24,842 nt of DNA, from IMG/VR virus record IMGVR_UViG_3300037424_002166, positions 1 to 24,842 of that record; one strand, given 5' to 3'. The notes beneath the pieces are model-generated. The model had not been told where the DNA came from, searched no databases, and was given only the letters and a program-made list of their open reading frames with translations. Below are positions 1-8,773 of the stretch, piece by piece. Each line of letters begins with the position of its first letter. Position 1 is the first letter of the stretch. A program made the position numbers and the translations under genes. This DNA is from a virus (taxonomy: Duplodnaviria > Caudoviricetes).

Positions 1-56
1 ACTTCGCTCTCATCAACTTCGAGCACTTGACCATTGCGGCGTACTTTTACTTTCAT
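1..56 (-). CDS. Nested in-frame start (scaffold or capsid protein), truncated
   Basis: AAGGAGTAAACACC-ATG at 56, in frame with 752 (696 nt apart); MKVKVRRNGQVLEVDESE. Confidence 0.6.
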   Translation of the reverse strand, partial: MKVKVRRNGQVLEVDESE

Positions 57-752
57 GGTGTTTACTCCTTGTGGGTTGGGTTGGGGTAACGCTTGGAGAG
101 CGTTTTGATTCCGCACCGTAGGTGCGGAATGGTCATCGGCGGGCGAAGACTCGCCGTTGATTTCAGATTTATAGGCCGATAGCGCGGCCAGGACTTCTGT
201 GCCCTCGGATGCGGGGACACTGACGGCTGCGGTGTGGCGGCCGGTGCAGTTAACGAAAATAGGGTGCATGACTTGCTGCTGTCCGTTTACTTCGTATTTC
301 ACTCCAGGCCAGTGTTGGCAATCTCTTGAGCGGAAGTCATTGCGACAGATGGAACACTTGATCATTTCGTAAAACCACATGATCGAGAATCGCCTTACTT
401 TGCCTTCGGCGTAAGCAGTCATGGCTTCGCGGGTGGTCAGGCGGATGGTGTGTTTGAACAATCCGCTGTCGAGCCATGAGTTTTCGATGGAGCCGAAAAG
501 CGCATCCAGGTCCTCGTTGTGATCCTTGACAAACGCCTGTCCTTTGAAGCTGGCTGCGAACTTGTTCCAGTCCGTTTCGAACAGGTAGCCGTTATGGTTG
601 GGCTTGTCCGATTGGAAGACTGCCGCGTCGAACTCGATGAATTCTAGTTCGCCGCTCTCGATCTTGCGCAAGGTTTCGGCGCGGTCGGTTACGGCTAGTT
701 CGAAGGCGTAGGCGGAGCTAAAAATTGGGGGTGGGGCTTTCTTTACTTTCAT
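1..752 (-). CDS. Prohead protease / scaffold(-capsid) precursor, 3' truncated by window edge (absent from ORF track)
   Basis: Own translation: ATG at 752 after AGGAG; MKVKKAPPPIFSS...FVKDHNED...RRFSIMWF...CSICRNDFRSRDCQHWPGVKY...AAVSVPA, open to position 1; DH, FSI, CSIC..C.H and V.VPA motifs typical of phage head-maturation proteases; downstream of portal. Confidence 0.8.
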   Translation of the reverse strand, partial: MKVKKAPPPIFSSAYAFELAVTDRAETLRKIESGELEFIEFDAAVFQSDKPNHNGYLFETDWNKFAASFKGQAFVKDHNEDLDALFGSIENSWLDSGLFKHTIRLTTREAMTAYAEGKVRRFSIMWFYEMIKCSICRNDFRSRDCQHWPGVKYEVNGQQQVMHPIFVNCTGRHTAAVSVPASEGTEVLAALSAYKSEINGESSPADDHSAPTVRNQNALQALPQPNPQGVNTMKVKVRRNGQVLEVDESE

Positions 753-755
753 GGG

Positions 756-1148
756 TTACTCCTGTTGTCCTGGGCCTTGCGGCTCCGTGGGAAGTGGGCT
801 GCCTGGGTTATAAGGGAAGCCGTAGAATGGCGGGGGCGGGGCTGTGGGGGCTGTGCTTGGTAATAGGATTGCGAACGGGTCGGGGCAGTCCAGGAATTCA
901 GCTTCGTTGAATTCACCTGGTGCGGTCTCTGTTTGCATTTCATTTGGCTTCGCTGCAAAGGTGGTGTAGGTGGAGAACTCGGCCATGTAGTCGGCGCACC
1001 CGCGTGTTGCGCCGAGATCACGGAATCCAACTTCTTCGCTGATAAATACGGTGTGGCGGCCACGAACGCGGGTTTCACGCTCGACCGGATGTATCGTGAA
1101 AAGCCTGCCGATCAATCCGCCTTTTGGGTCGAAGGGTCCTTTAGGCAT
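756..1148 (-). CDS. Hypothetical protein, Pro-rich C-terminus
   Basis: Overlaps upstream stop; its own stop sits in the RBS of the next gene. Confidence 0.7.
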   Translation of the reverse strand: MPKGPFDPKGGLIGRLFTIHPVERETRVRGRHTVFISEEVGFRDLGATRGCADYMAEFSTYTTFAAKPNEMQTETAPGEFNEAEFLDCPDPFAILLPSTAPTAPPPPFYGFPYNPGSPLPTEPQGPGQQE

Positions 1149-2025
1149 TTGACATCCCCCTTGTCCAGTTGCACCATTCGGGCGGCCAGGTCGTAATCCA
1201 CGGCTTGATGTAGACGCGCCGGTCGGCGTCCGACCCGGCGCGCGGCCAGCCGGGGATGTGGTCGATGATGAGCATTTCTTCGAGTAGTTTCCAAGCGCCT
1301 TCGATCAAGCCGAAGACGCGCGGGCCGGTGAAGCCGTAGGCTTCTACTAAGACCGGCTTCCCGTGTAATGTGCCTTTGTGTGGGAGTTCGGGAAAGAATT
1401 CGAGTTTGTTAAGTTCGATGGCTGTTTCGAGTTTGCTCACGAACGGCCATTCCAGATGGCCGTGTTTTGGGTGGCGCTTCCAGTAATCACGCTCTTTGGT
1501 GTGACCGACCAGGCCCTGCACTGAGACGATATCTGGACGGTTCCAGGCGTTGATAGTGGGGTCTGGCTCGCTGTGGAAGTCCTGGTACGTGAGAAGCGCG
1601 AATCCGCCTTGTGTTCTGTTGACCCTGAACAGGTCGCCGCCATTGCGAAGCACGGTATGGATCTCGCCGGTCAATCCGTGATTGCCGTCGAAGTAGCCGA
1701 ACTTGGGTTGGTGGAATAGGTCCCACATGAACGGTCCGAGCATGCGCTTGAACTGTTCGACCCATTCCGGGCGCTGGGCCAGGCTAACGACGATCTGGCT
1801 GGTGCGGCGTGGTTTGCCGTCGACCACCGGCCGGATGACAATCGTCTCGTTGGTCTCGCCGAGCTTGATCTTCTCGGTATGGGTGCGTGATGGGTTGTCA
1901 TGTCGCGCTCGCGCGAAGCGATGCGCGCTGCCGATGTATTGGGTCACGCCGTAGTCCGGGTCGAATTCGGGCATCCGTCCGACGTTGATATACCGTTGCC
2001 CGTTGTAGTAGATCGACTCTGTCAT
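1141..2025 (-). CDS. Hypothetical phage protein (294 aa)
   Basis: Long ORF, ATGA overlap with upstream gene; no family recognised. Confidence 0.8.
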   Translation of the reverse strand: MTESIYYNGQRYINVGRMPEFDPDYGVTQYIGSAHRFARARHDNPSRTHTEKIKLGETNETIVIRPVVDGKPRRTSQIVVSLAQRPEWVEQFKRMLGPFMWDLFHQPKFGYFDGNHGLTGEIHTVLRNGGDLFRVNRTQGGFALLTYQDFHSEPDPTINAWNRPDIVSVQGLVGHTKERDYWKRHPKHGHLEWPFVSKLETAIELNKLEFFPELPHKGTLHGKPVLVEAYGFTGPRVFGLIEGAWKLLEEMLIIDHIPGWPRAGSDADRRVYIKPWITTWPPEWCNWTRGMSNA

Positions 2026-2378
2026 TTGAGTATGGATTCGAAGAACAGGCCGAAGCGTTCGAGTATGGTCGGCTGCAATTCAGCCGGGGCTAGTGCGTAT
2101 TGGTAGCGTTCGCCAGTGGGCCGCTCGACGACCAGAAAAGGGTCGGGTTCGAAGGTTGGCTCCGGCTCTGGTTCTGGCTGTTCGCCCTCGACCACTTCTT
2201 CTAGGTAGAACGTCCGCAGCCATTTCCCCCTCCAGGGGTTCGGGTCTTGCCCGGAGATCTGCGACCATTCCCCTGAAGTACCGACGATTTCGACGGTGCT
2301 GCCGGCGCGGATGTCTCCCCGGTTGGACTCGCCTGGGCTGGCGTAGTAAGGGGCTGTGTGGATTACGCGGTAAGTCAT
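2022..2378 (-). CDS. Bacterial SH3-like domain protein
   Basis: IRAGSTVEIVGTSGEWSQI...GKWLRTFYLE SH3b-like pattern followed by a PEPEPEP linker. Confidence 0.65.
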   Translation of the reverse strand: MTYRVIHTAPYYASPGESNRGDIRAGSTVEIVGTSGEWSQISGQDPNPWRGKWLRTFYLEEVVEGEQPEPEPEPTFEPDPFLVVERPTGERYQYALAPAELQPTILERFGLFFESILK

Positions 2379-2382
2379 ATGC

Positions 2383-2625
2383 TCACTCTTTCGAAACGAT
2401 CTGGATCTGTGGGATGTTGCCGCGCGCGGAGACGATCACAACCGCGTCCAGCGTGCAGTTTTCTTCGGTAAGGACCTGCTCGATGCGCTTCGAGCAGCGT
2501 TCGATACGCTCTTTGCGTTCCTGCTCGATGAGCGCTTTCAGGTTCGGTTTCTCGACGGTTTTCTTGGTCCCATTACCCTGCCCTACGGTCGCGGGGTTGG
2601 GGGGCGCGATGGTTTTTGTTTTCAT
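2383..2625 (-). CDS. Hypothetical protein
   Basis: Tightly packed in operon. Confidence 0.7.
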   Translation of the reverse strand: MKTKTIAPPNPATVGQGNGTKKTVEKPNLKALIEQERKERIERCSKRIEQVLTEENCTLDAVVIVSARGNIPQIQIVSKE

Positions 2626-2928
2626 CTATAAATCGCTGCGGATTGTGTCGGTCACAGAACGGCCAGCCACTACGCCGGAAACAGTCTGCCCGCTCATCAA
2701 AGAGACAAAACGCGTCCGCAGCGTGGACAGGAATGAATTGAGCTGCGCGGCGGTGATGTTCGTACTGGCTATATCTTCATCGGTGATCGGATCATCTCCG
2801 CCTGGATCCCATTCGCGCGCGGTCTGCACGTTGAAGGCGTCTGTCCACCTGTCCTGAAACGATGCCAATTCGTTGGCTAAGTTTTGGACGTGTTGCGTAA
2901 ATGCTAGTTTTTGTTCTTGATCTGCCAT
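2626..2928 (-). CDS. Hypothetical protein
   Basis: AAGGAG RBS, packed in operon after fibre gene. Confidence 0.75.
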   Translation of the reverse strand: MADQEQKLAFTQHVQNLANELASFQDRWTDAFNVQTAREWDPGGDDPITDEDIASTNITAAQLNSFLSTLRTRFVSLMSGQTVSGVVAGRSVTDTIRSDL

Positions 2929-2939
2929 GTCAAATCTCC

Positions 2940-4412
2940 TTATGTCAGCAGGCCGAGCGCCTGCAATTTGGTTTCCAGTTCGTCCACCCTGGTTTGAAGG
3001 TTTGCGATAACGGATAATGTTGTATTGGCTTCGTCATGACTTGCAAACGCCCAGCCCGCGCCGAGCGAAACATCTACAAAATCCTGAATGGCATAATCCG
3101 GGGTTGGGGCTGTATGGGTGATGGTGGTTAGCTGGGTTGTCAGCGCCGTGGGACGCACAACAGTTGCGACTCCATAAAATCCCAGTTTCGCCACGCTTCC
3201 ATCCGCTTCTATCTCGATACCAATCCGCGCCGCCGTGTCGTATGCTCTCAGACTCATCTTTGCTTTGCGTGTTGCATTCGTAGCATCGACCCAACTGGTG
3301 CTAATTAGCCCCTGCTGCTGATTCGTGCCGTCTGTGGCGGTTTCAGCCCAAAACGGCAAGCCAACACCAAATCCAGCCGCGCCGCCTGCGGACGCGGTTG
3401 ACACCTGTGCCTGCAATCGCTCTACTTCCAAAACAGCATTTGTTATAGTGGTGGTATTAACAATATGTAATTTTGTAGCTGGTGTGGCGATGCCAATTCC
3501 TACATAGCTAGTCGCAGAAACAAATGATACATACGTTGTGCCGTTGGTGGCATTCCTAAAAAACACCCCATAATTGCTATCAAAATAATATGCCCCATTG
3601 CTGGCCGAGCCGGAGCTACACGTCACAATCATCTGTGCTACAAGTGCAGGTGATTCGTCATAAAATCCATATGTGATGTTAGTAGCGACTGTTGGCCGAA
3701 CTGTTATGTCAGGGTCGGTTCCTCCTATCTGTAATTCCCCATCAGTGGCAATAGTCAATCCTGTTCCATTAGCGTTGAATAATTTCAGAGTACTGGTAAA
3801 TGCCTGAATTTGATTAAATCCTAAAACTCCCGCCCCTGCTACGATACTAACATTTCCAATTGCAACGCCTGTGCTTCTTTCCCATGTTTGCAAATTGCTG
3901 GTCTGTGTGCTATGTCCCTGCACTCGCAATTGTATCTGGTCACTCGCACCGTCTACCATTTGTTGAGTGGTAAACACATTCGCCGTCGCCAGTAGCGCCG
4001 CCGTCCCCGTAGCCGGTACGGTCAGCGTAAAGCCGCCAAGCGCAAGCGTGCCCCCGCCTGTGATGCTGGTTGCCGCGTCCAGCGTGAGCGTCGAGCCTGC
4101 TAGATTGGCAACGCCAGTTCCGCCCAAGTTCGCAGCAAGCGGGAACGTGAGCGTTTCCTGGAAGCCGGTGTGTGCGGCGCTGGCATAGTCCAGGTTGGAA
4201 AGAAGTGCGTGGTCTGTGACACCTTCCGGTACGATTGTCCAGACTCCATCCTGTCGGCCATACAGCGAGCCGTTGCTCGGCGCATCTTGCAGGCCGCCTC
4301 CCCCGCCGCCGAGCGGCACATCTCGCAGCACGTCCATGACTACGGCGCGGATCTCTTTCGTGTCCGTGACCATTTCGAACTGGTTGGAGAGTGGGTTGAA
4401 GATGACTTTCAT
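2940..4412 (-). CDS. Virion fibre-like protein (head or tail fibre)
   Basis: DAPSNGSLYGRQDGVW, TDHALLSNL, VGIGIATPATKLHI fibre-type motifs; Gly/Ala/Thr rich; C-terminal LETKLQALGLL coiled end. Confidence 0.75.
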   Translation of the reverse strand: MKVIFNPLSNQFEMVTDTKEIRAVVMDVLRDVPLGGGGGGLQDAPSNGSLYGRQDGVWTIVPEGVTDHALLSNLDYASAAHTGFQETLTFPLAANLGGTGVANLAGSTLTLDAATSITGGGTLALGGFTLTVPATGTAALLATANVFTTQQMVDGASDQIQLRVQGHSTQTSNLQTWERSTGVAIGNVSIVAGAGVLGFNQIQAFTSTLKLFNANGTGLTIATDGELQIGGTDPDITVRPTVATNITYGFYDESPALVAQMIVTCSSGSASNGAYYFDSNYGVFFRNATNGTTYVSFVSATSYVGIGIATPATKLHIVNTTTITNAVLEVERLQAQVSTASAGGAAGFGVGLPFWAETATDGTNQQQGLISTSWVDATNATRKAKMSLRAYDTAARIGIEIEADGSVAKLGFYGVATVVRPTALTTQLTTITHTAPTPDYAIQDFVDVSLGAGWAFASHDEANTTLSVIANLQTRVDELETKLQALGLLT

Positions 4413-4678
4413 CAGGTTCTGGTGACACTCGTCAGCCGGTTGGCTGTGTAGGTCAGGATCAAGGTGGCGACTACCTGGCCGTTGGGTCCGCCCGCTTTGA
4501 AGGTGGCTTGTGTGAGGTGGTCGCCGGTGTAGGATAGGGTTACGTGGTCGTAGGCCACGGGAATCAGCCCGTTCATAGCGTCAAGTTTGGAAACGATCTC
4601 ATGTTCGTTTTCCAGTTTGACGACGAGTGGAGTCTCGTCTTCGGGGTTGCGGACGGCTACGACTTCACGGAGCGGCAT
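4412..4678 (-). CDS. Small virion-associated protein with YD-like beta repeats
   Basis: LSYTGDHLTQ...LTYTANRLTSVTRT; translationally coupled to portal and fibre genes. Confidence 0.7.
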   Translation of the reverse strand: MPLREVVAVRNPEDETPLVVKLENEHEIVSKLDAMNGLIPVAYDHVTLSYTGDHLTQATFKAGGPNGQVVATLILTYTANRLTSVTRT

Positions 4679-6486
4679 TATTTCTTGGCCTTCCTTTTCG
4701 GCTTGACGTACTCAACGTCGAGCGCTTGCGGCGGTGCTGGCTCGACCTGGTTGGTGACGTTCACGACAGGCGCAGCCTGCTCGGGGAGTTGGTTCTCGAT
4801 GTTGACCGTGGGGGTCTCGACCTGGTTAGTCATGTTGACTTGTGGCGTTTCGACCTGGTTGGTGACATTCACGACAGGCGCAGCCTGCTCGGGGACCTGG
4901 TTCGTGACATGCACGTCCGGTGCTTTGACCTGGACGTTGATGTCTGGCGCGGCTTGCTCCGGGATCTGGTTCGTGACATTCACGACCGGTGCGGCTTGCT
5001 CTGGGATCTGGTTTTTGATGTTGATAACCGGTGCGGCCTGCTCGGGCATGTGGACCTGGATCGCCGGTTGTGTGATGTTGATGACCGGCGCGGCGTTCTG
5101 GCTTTCCTCCGTTGTGGTCTCATCCGGCTCACCTGGATCTGGTTCGCCGGTTGTACCTTCCGGTTCTTTTACTTTGCGCCGGATGCCTTTAGGTTGCTTG
5201 CCGTCCGTGTCGTAGTCTTTGCCCAGCATCTCGTAGAATAGGAGCAGGTAGGTCGGCTCGTCGATCATCTCTCTGTCGAACAGGTCGGCCAGGACCGGCT
5301 CGATCCGCGCGGCGGCCAGGGCCAGCGTGGAGTTGTCCCGTTCGGTCACGTCATCGGCGCGGATGGCGATACCGGCCGCCTGCAAGCGTTTCTTGCTGAA
5401 GTGGTTGCGCTTGACCACGGCGATCGTGCACAGGTAGGCCAGCGCGCGTTTCATGCTGTTTTGGCGCATTTTGAACTTGCGGAATGTGGGCGTTCCTGCC
5501 GCCTCCGCAGTGGTGCGCGTGGAGCTCTCCGGCTCGGCGATGTAGTGCAAGGGTAGCCCGATGCCTGCGGCAATGTGTTTCTTGATTGCGATGATGTCCA
5601 TATTGGCGTCGAAGGATTGCATATTCGGGGAGAGCGTGCCCCATACTTCGCTCTCGTTGTTTACGACGATTGCGCCTGGTTGCGGTGGGTTGGCGTTGAG
5701 TTCGGCTTCGCGCTGCTCGCGTTGTTTCTTTTCCAGTCCCTTGACCTTCACGATGTAAACGATCAGGTTGCGCAGGTGGTTCATAATGACCCGGTCGTTG
5801 AGCAATGTAGATAGCCGTCCCAGCCATTTCAGGACGGGTGTGAGGTCTGCTTCGCCGAAGGTGGAGCCGACCGGCCGGTTGATTGGGAAGTGCAACATGA
5901 ACTGGGTCTGCTCGGGGTCGAGCGGGTCGTAAGCTACGTATGGCGATGCGCTGTTGTCCTGCTGGATGTAGGCTGTTTCCTGGCGGTAGTCGTTATCGAA
6001 GGTCTGTATCTCGCTGATCTGTTCGGATGGCACGGCGCGCGCGAAGGTTGAGCCGTCGTTGGCGTCTACGCTGCATAGTAGGAACAGGTCGCCGGTTCGT
6101 GATTGCTCTGCCACCCATTCCGGGATTTGCTCATCTAGGTTATTGAGTGGGTGCTCCCAGAATTCTTTAACATAAGCCGCGGTAGGCTTGTGCAGGATAG
6201 CCGGGGCCATGCCGTCGCCAACCACGAATTCGACTATGGCATCAGTGATCCGGCGCGCGATGGGGTTGGTGCGCCAGGCGAGCAAGGTCTCGCTGATAAT
6301 GGTGGCACGGTCCCAATTGTTGCGGTCGCGGAAGATGTCCCGCCCGGTGCGTGTGCCGATGATGATGGTATCGTCAGTTTCAGCCATGCTCGAGAGCCGT
6401 GCCTTTACGCGCTCTTCGACGGCCTGGTCGATGGCTGCGCGGAAGGGGTTGCGGACTCGGATTTCTCGCCCGAAGATTTTTGCCAT
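4678..6486 (-). CDS. Portal protein with repetitive C-terminal extension
   Basis: Directly after terL; NPIARRITD..VEFVVGDG, GDLFL, FGEADL, IAAGIGLPLHYI portal-like motifs. Confidence 0.85.
   Translation of the reverse strand: MAKIFGREIRVRNPFRAAIDQAVEERVKARLSSMAETDDTIIIGTRTGRDIFRDRNNWDRATIISETLLAWRTNPIARRITDAIVEFVVGDGMAPAILHKPTAAYVKEFWEHPLNNLDEQIPEWVAEQSRTGDLFLLCSVDANDGSTFARAVPSEQISEIQTFDNDYRQETAYIQQDNSASPYVAYDPLDPEQTQFMLHFPINRPVGSTFGEADLTPVLKWLGRLSTLLNDRVIMNHLRNLIVYIVKVKGLEKKQREQREAELNANPPQPGAIVVNNESEVWGTLSPNMQSFDANMDIIAIKKHIAAGIGLPLHYIAEPESSTRTTAEAAGTPTFRKFKMRQNSMKRALAYLCTIAVVKRNHFSKKRLQAAGIAIRADDVTERDNSTLALAAARIEPVLADLFDREMIDEPTYLLLFYEMLGKDYDTDGKQPKGIRRKVKEPEGTTGEPDPGEPDETTTEESQNAAPVINITQPAIQVHMPEQAAPVINIKNQIPEQAAPVVNVTNQIPEQAAPDINVQVKAPDVHVTNQVPEQAAPVVNVTNQVETPQVNMTNQVETPTVNIENQLPEQAAPVVNVTNQVEPAPPQALDVEYVKPKRKAKK
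4740..5100 (-). repeat. Coding tandem repeat PEQAAP-V-V-N-V-T-N-Q in portal tail
   Basis: Five PEQAAP copies plus shorter ETPxVN variants. Confidence 0.9.
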
Positions 6487-7983
6487 TTAATAACCTCCGT
6501 CAATTTCTTTCTGCATGTCCCGTTGCAGGATGGTCGACTCCTGGCTGATGGTCCATTCGAGCTTGTCGAGAATGGCTACTAAGGAATCGGACATGACGAA
6601 GTCATCGTGGATGAGTTCGCCGGTCGTGTCGTTGCGCGTGCCTTCGGGCACGGACCAGCGCATGGTTTTGGCCGGGCCGGGCAGGATCTCGCTTTTGATG
6701 TTGAGATACTGCAAGTCGACAAGCGCTTGCGGCGCGCAGTCGCGGAACCGTCCGGTTTCGATCACGGCGATGTAGCCGTATCCGATCTCGGACTTGGCCT
6801 GCTGGGTAAACTTGATGGGAATCACGCGGCCTTGGAAGGCGCGGTCGAGCATGGCCCACAGTCCCTCCCCTACTCCGGTGGCGTCGATCACGAAGTAGAG
6901 CGGTCGCCAGATTTCACCCAGTGCCTTGAGTTTTCCGAACATGACCACGTGGTTCTGCCCGGTCCACGCCTGGCGGTGTACGGCCCGGTAGGTTGGGAAG
7001 GAAAGCAATTCAAGCGAAGACAGGTCGATGTCGATCACGGAAAGCGCGAGCGCATCGCGTCCGGGATTGGTGAGCGGCGCGTCCTCGTCCAGGTTCATGC
7101 GTGCTTCGTCCTGCCCGGCTACGTCGATCTGGAAGGCGTAGGCGTGACCGGGTTCGGGTAGGTCTGTGCCCGGGCGGTCACCGACCATGAGCGCCCGGCG
7201 CGCCGCGTTGAACATGCCGATCTCGGCGTCGATCTCTTCGTTGAAGTACTGTGTTTTGACAAGCGGGTGCCCCCGCCCGAGGCGCTGGATCTCGCCGTCC
7301 ACGAAGCGGCCATAGGCCGGGTTGTGTTTGCGGACTTCGTCCGCGTTGTATTGGAATACTCGCCGGATGCCGTCCTGTTTCTCGGCGGCTTCCGCCGCGC
7401 GGCGTTCGCGGGAGAGCAGGCTGCCGGATGTCCAGACTGTACCCACGATCACGCGTGTGGCGTTGGTACTGGCGGCCATGGGCGAAGCCTTCTTGTCGTA
7501 TACGGTTGGCGAGATGTCCTGGGCTTCGTTGACGATGAGTAGGAGTGACGCAGTCGCTCCTACGACATTGGCTTGTCCGTCACCTGACAGGAAACTAACC
7601 TTTGCCTGGCCGATCATGCGCATGAAGTCCGAGCGCTTCTTCCAGCGGTTGCGCGTGAGCACGTTGGTATTCATCCGGCTTTCCAAGCGGAAGATAGCGC
7701 GGATGGTCTGGGGTTTGTAGGTGGGATTGAATTCGACGATCTCCACGTCCTTGTTTTGGAAGCGGTGTAGCAGGTACGCCTTGAGATGGCACAGGAGTTC
7801 GTCCTTGCCTGACTGGCGTGAGATGATAACGACGATGGTCAGCCCGAGATTGTGTTTAACTGAATTCCAGATCGCCTCGATGGGTTCGACTTGGTACGGC
7901 CTGAGTTCCATTCCCCCGCCGTGCAGTGAGAAGTTGTACGGGTTGCGCTGGATGGTCTTGGCGCGTTCGGTGAGTGTGCTCAT
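6487..7983 (-). CDS. terL: Terminase large subunit
   Basis: LRPYQ Q-motif, ISRQSGKDE Walker A, LLIVNEAQD Walker B variant, VGT coupling motif, nuclease IDVAG / IDATGVG / HDDFVMS. Confidence 0.93.
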   Translation of the reverse strand: MSTLTERAKTIQRNPYNFSLHGGGMELRPYQVEPIEAIWNSVKHNLGLTIVVIISRQSGKDELLCHLKAYLLHRFQNKDVEIVEFNPTYKPQTIRAIFRLESRMNTNVLTRNRWKKRSDFMRMIGQAKVSFLSGDGQANVVGATASLLLIVNEAQDISPTVYDKKASPMAASTNATRVIVGTVWTSGSLLSRERRAAEAAEKQDGIRRVFQYNADEVRKHNPAYGRFVDGEIQRLGRGHPLVKTQYFNEEIDAEIGMFNAARRALMVGDRPGTDLPEPGHAYAFQIDVAGQDEARMNLDEDAPLTNPGRDALALSVIDIDLSSLELLSFPTYRAVHRQAWTGQNHVVMFGKLKALGEIWRPLYFVIDATGVGEGLWAMLDRAFQGRVIPIKFTQQAKSEIGYGYIAVIETGRFRDCAPQALVDLQYLNIKSEILPGPAKTMRWSVPEGTRNDTTGELIHDDFVMSDSLVAILDKLEWTISQESTILQRDMQKEIDGGY

Positions 7984-8351
7984 CTGATCCCGTCTTCGTC
8001 GTTGAGTTCGGCTAGCGCGTCCATGATAGCGGTCTCGACCGGCAGGTACTTGCCGATGATGAGCTGGTGCGAGCGAGCGAGAGTGGATATGGTCAGCATC
8101 ACATTAGCCAGGGTGTTGACTGTCTTGAGCGCGTTTTCACTGAGTTGGGTTGTAGTCTCATCGGCTTCGATGGGCTTGAGCCCATTCTCTCCCAGCCGTT
8201 GCATGATCCGGTCGGCCACGATCCGTAAAGCGTTGATCTCGCTTTCGAGGTCGTCGTCGCCTTTTGCCAGGCGGTTCCGCTCTTTGAGTGTGAAGCGTTT
8301 GGAGTAGAAGCCGTGTTTGACTGCGTTGGTATTGCCTTTAGGCGCGGGCAT
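7980..8351 (-). CDS. terS: Terminase small subunit
   Basis: N-terminal APKGNTNAVKHGFYS motif, helical body, ATGA overlap with terL. Confidence 0.8.
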   Translation of the reverse strand: MPAPKGNTNAVKHGFYSKRFTLKERNRLAKGDDDLESEINALRIVADRIMQRLGENGLKPIEADETTTQLSENALKTVNTLANVMLTISTLARSHQLIIGKYLPVETAIMDALAELNDEDGIR

Positions 8352-8355
8352 GTGC

Positions 8356-8670
8356 TCATGGGTCCTTCGGCTTCAATTGCCCGGTTGCGCGTCCCTGTTC
8401 TGCCCGGACCTGGCTGCGCGCATCGTGCGCGGTGATGATCCCGCTCATGCGTGAGACTTCTTGCGAGACTGATTTGATCTCTTCTGCTAGTCGCCTGGCG
8501 TTCTCTGAACGTTGCTCTCGTTCTTCTCTTAGAAACTCCCTCCATTTTGTCTCGCGGTCTTCCTGGCTCTTCTCCATGCGCTTCGACCATTCCAGGATGA
8601 AGAAGACGAAGATACCGACGATGGGCAGTTGCAGAAGAAGTTGTATGGCGCTTTCGGGCATGGGACTCAT
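8356..8670 (-). CDS. Holin-like single-TM plus coiled-coil protein (BhlA/UviB-like architecture)
   Basis: LLLQLPIVGIFVFFILEW followed by charged helix; start re-assigned to ATG 8670 or 8661. Confidence 0.55.
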   Translation of the reverse strand: MSPMPESAIQLLLQLPIVGIFVFFILEWSKRMEKSQEDRETKWREFLREEREQRSENARRLAEEIKSVSQEVSRMSGIITAHDARSQVRAEQGRATGQLKPKDP

Positions 8671-8687
8671 CCGCCGCTTATACAGAT

Positions 8688-8714
8688 AAAAAAAAACAGC
8701 CGGCTGCCGGCTGT
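8688..8714 (-). terminator. Intrinsic terminator in late-operon leader
   Basis: ACAGCCGG-cag-CCGGCTGT stem running into a 9-nt T run on minus strand. Confidence 0.75.
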
Positions 8715-8773
8715 CGCTCGCTCCCCTTAAAAAAGCGGCTAGACTCTCAAGGGGAGCGAGTCTAGCCAATTCG

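Noticed and set aside
2940-4412. Diversity-generating retroelement target
   Set aside because: No reverse transcriptase and no TR/VR repeat pair seen
4544-5241. Long plus-strand ORFs of 223 and 204 aa
   Set aside because: Antisense shadows of the portal repeat region; no RBS
8671-8769. N-terminal extension of the holin-like ORF
   Set aside because: Runs through the structured leader and terminator; internal ATG more plausible
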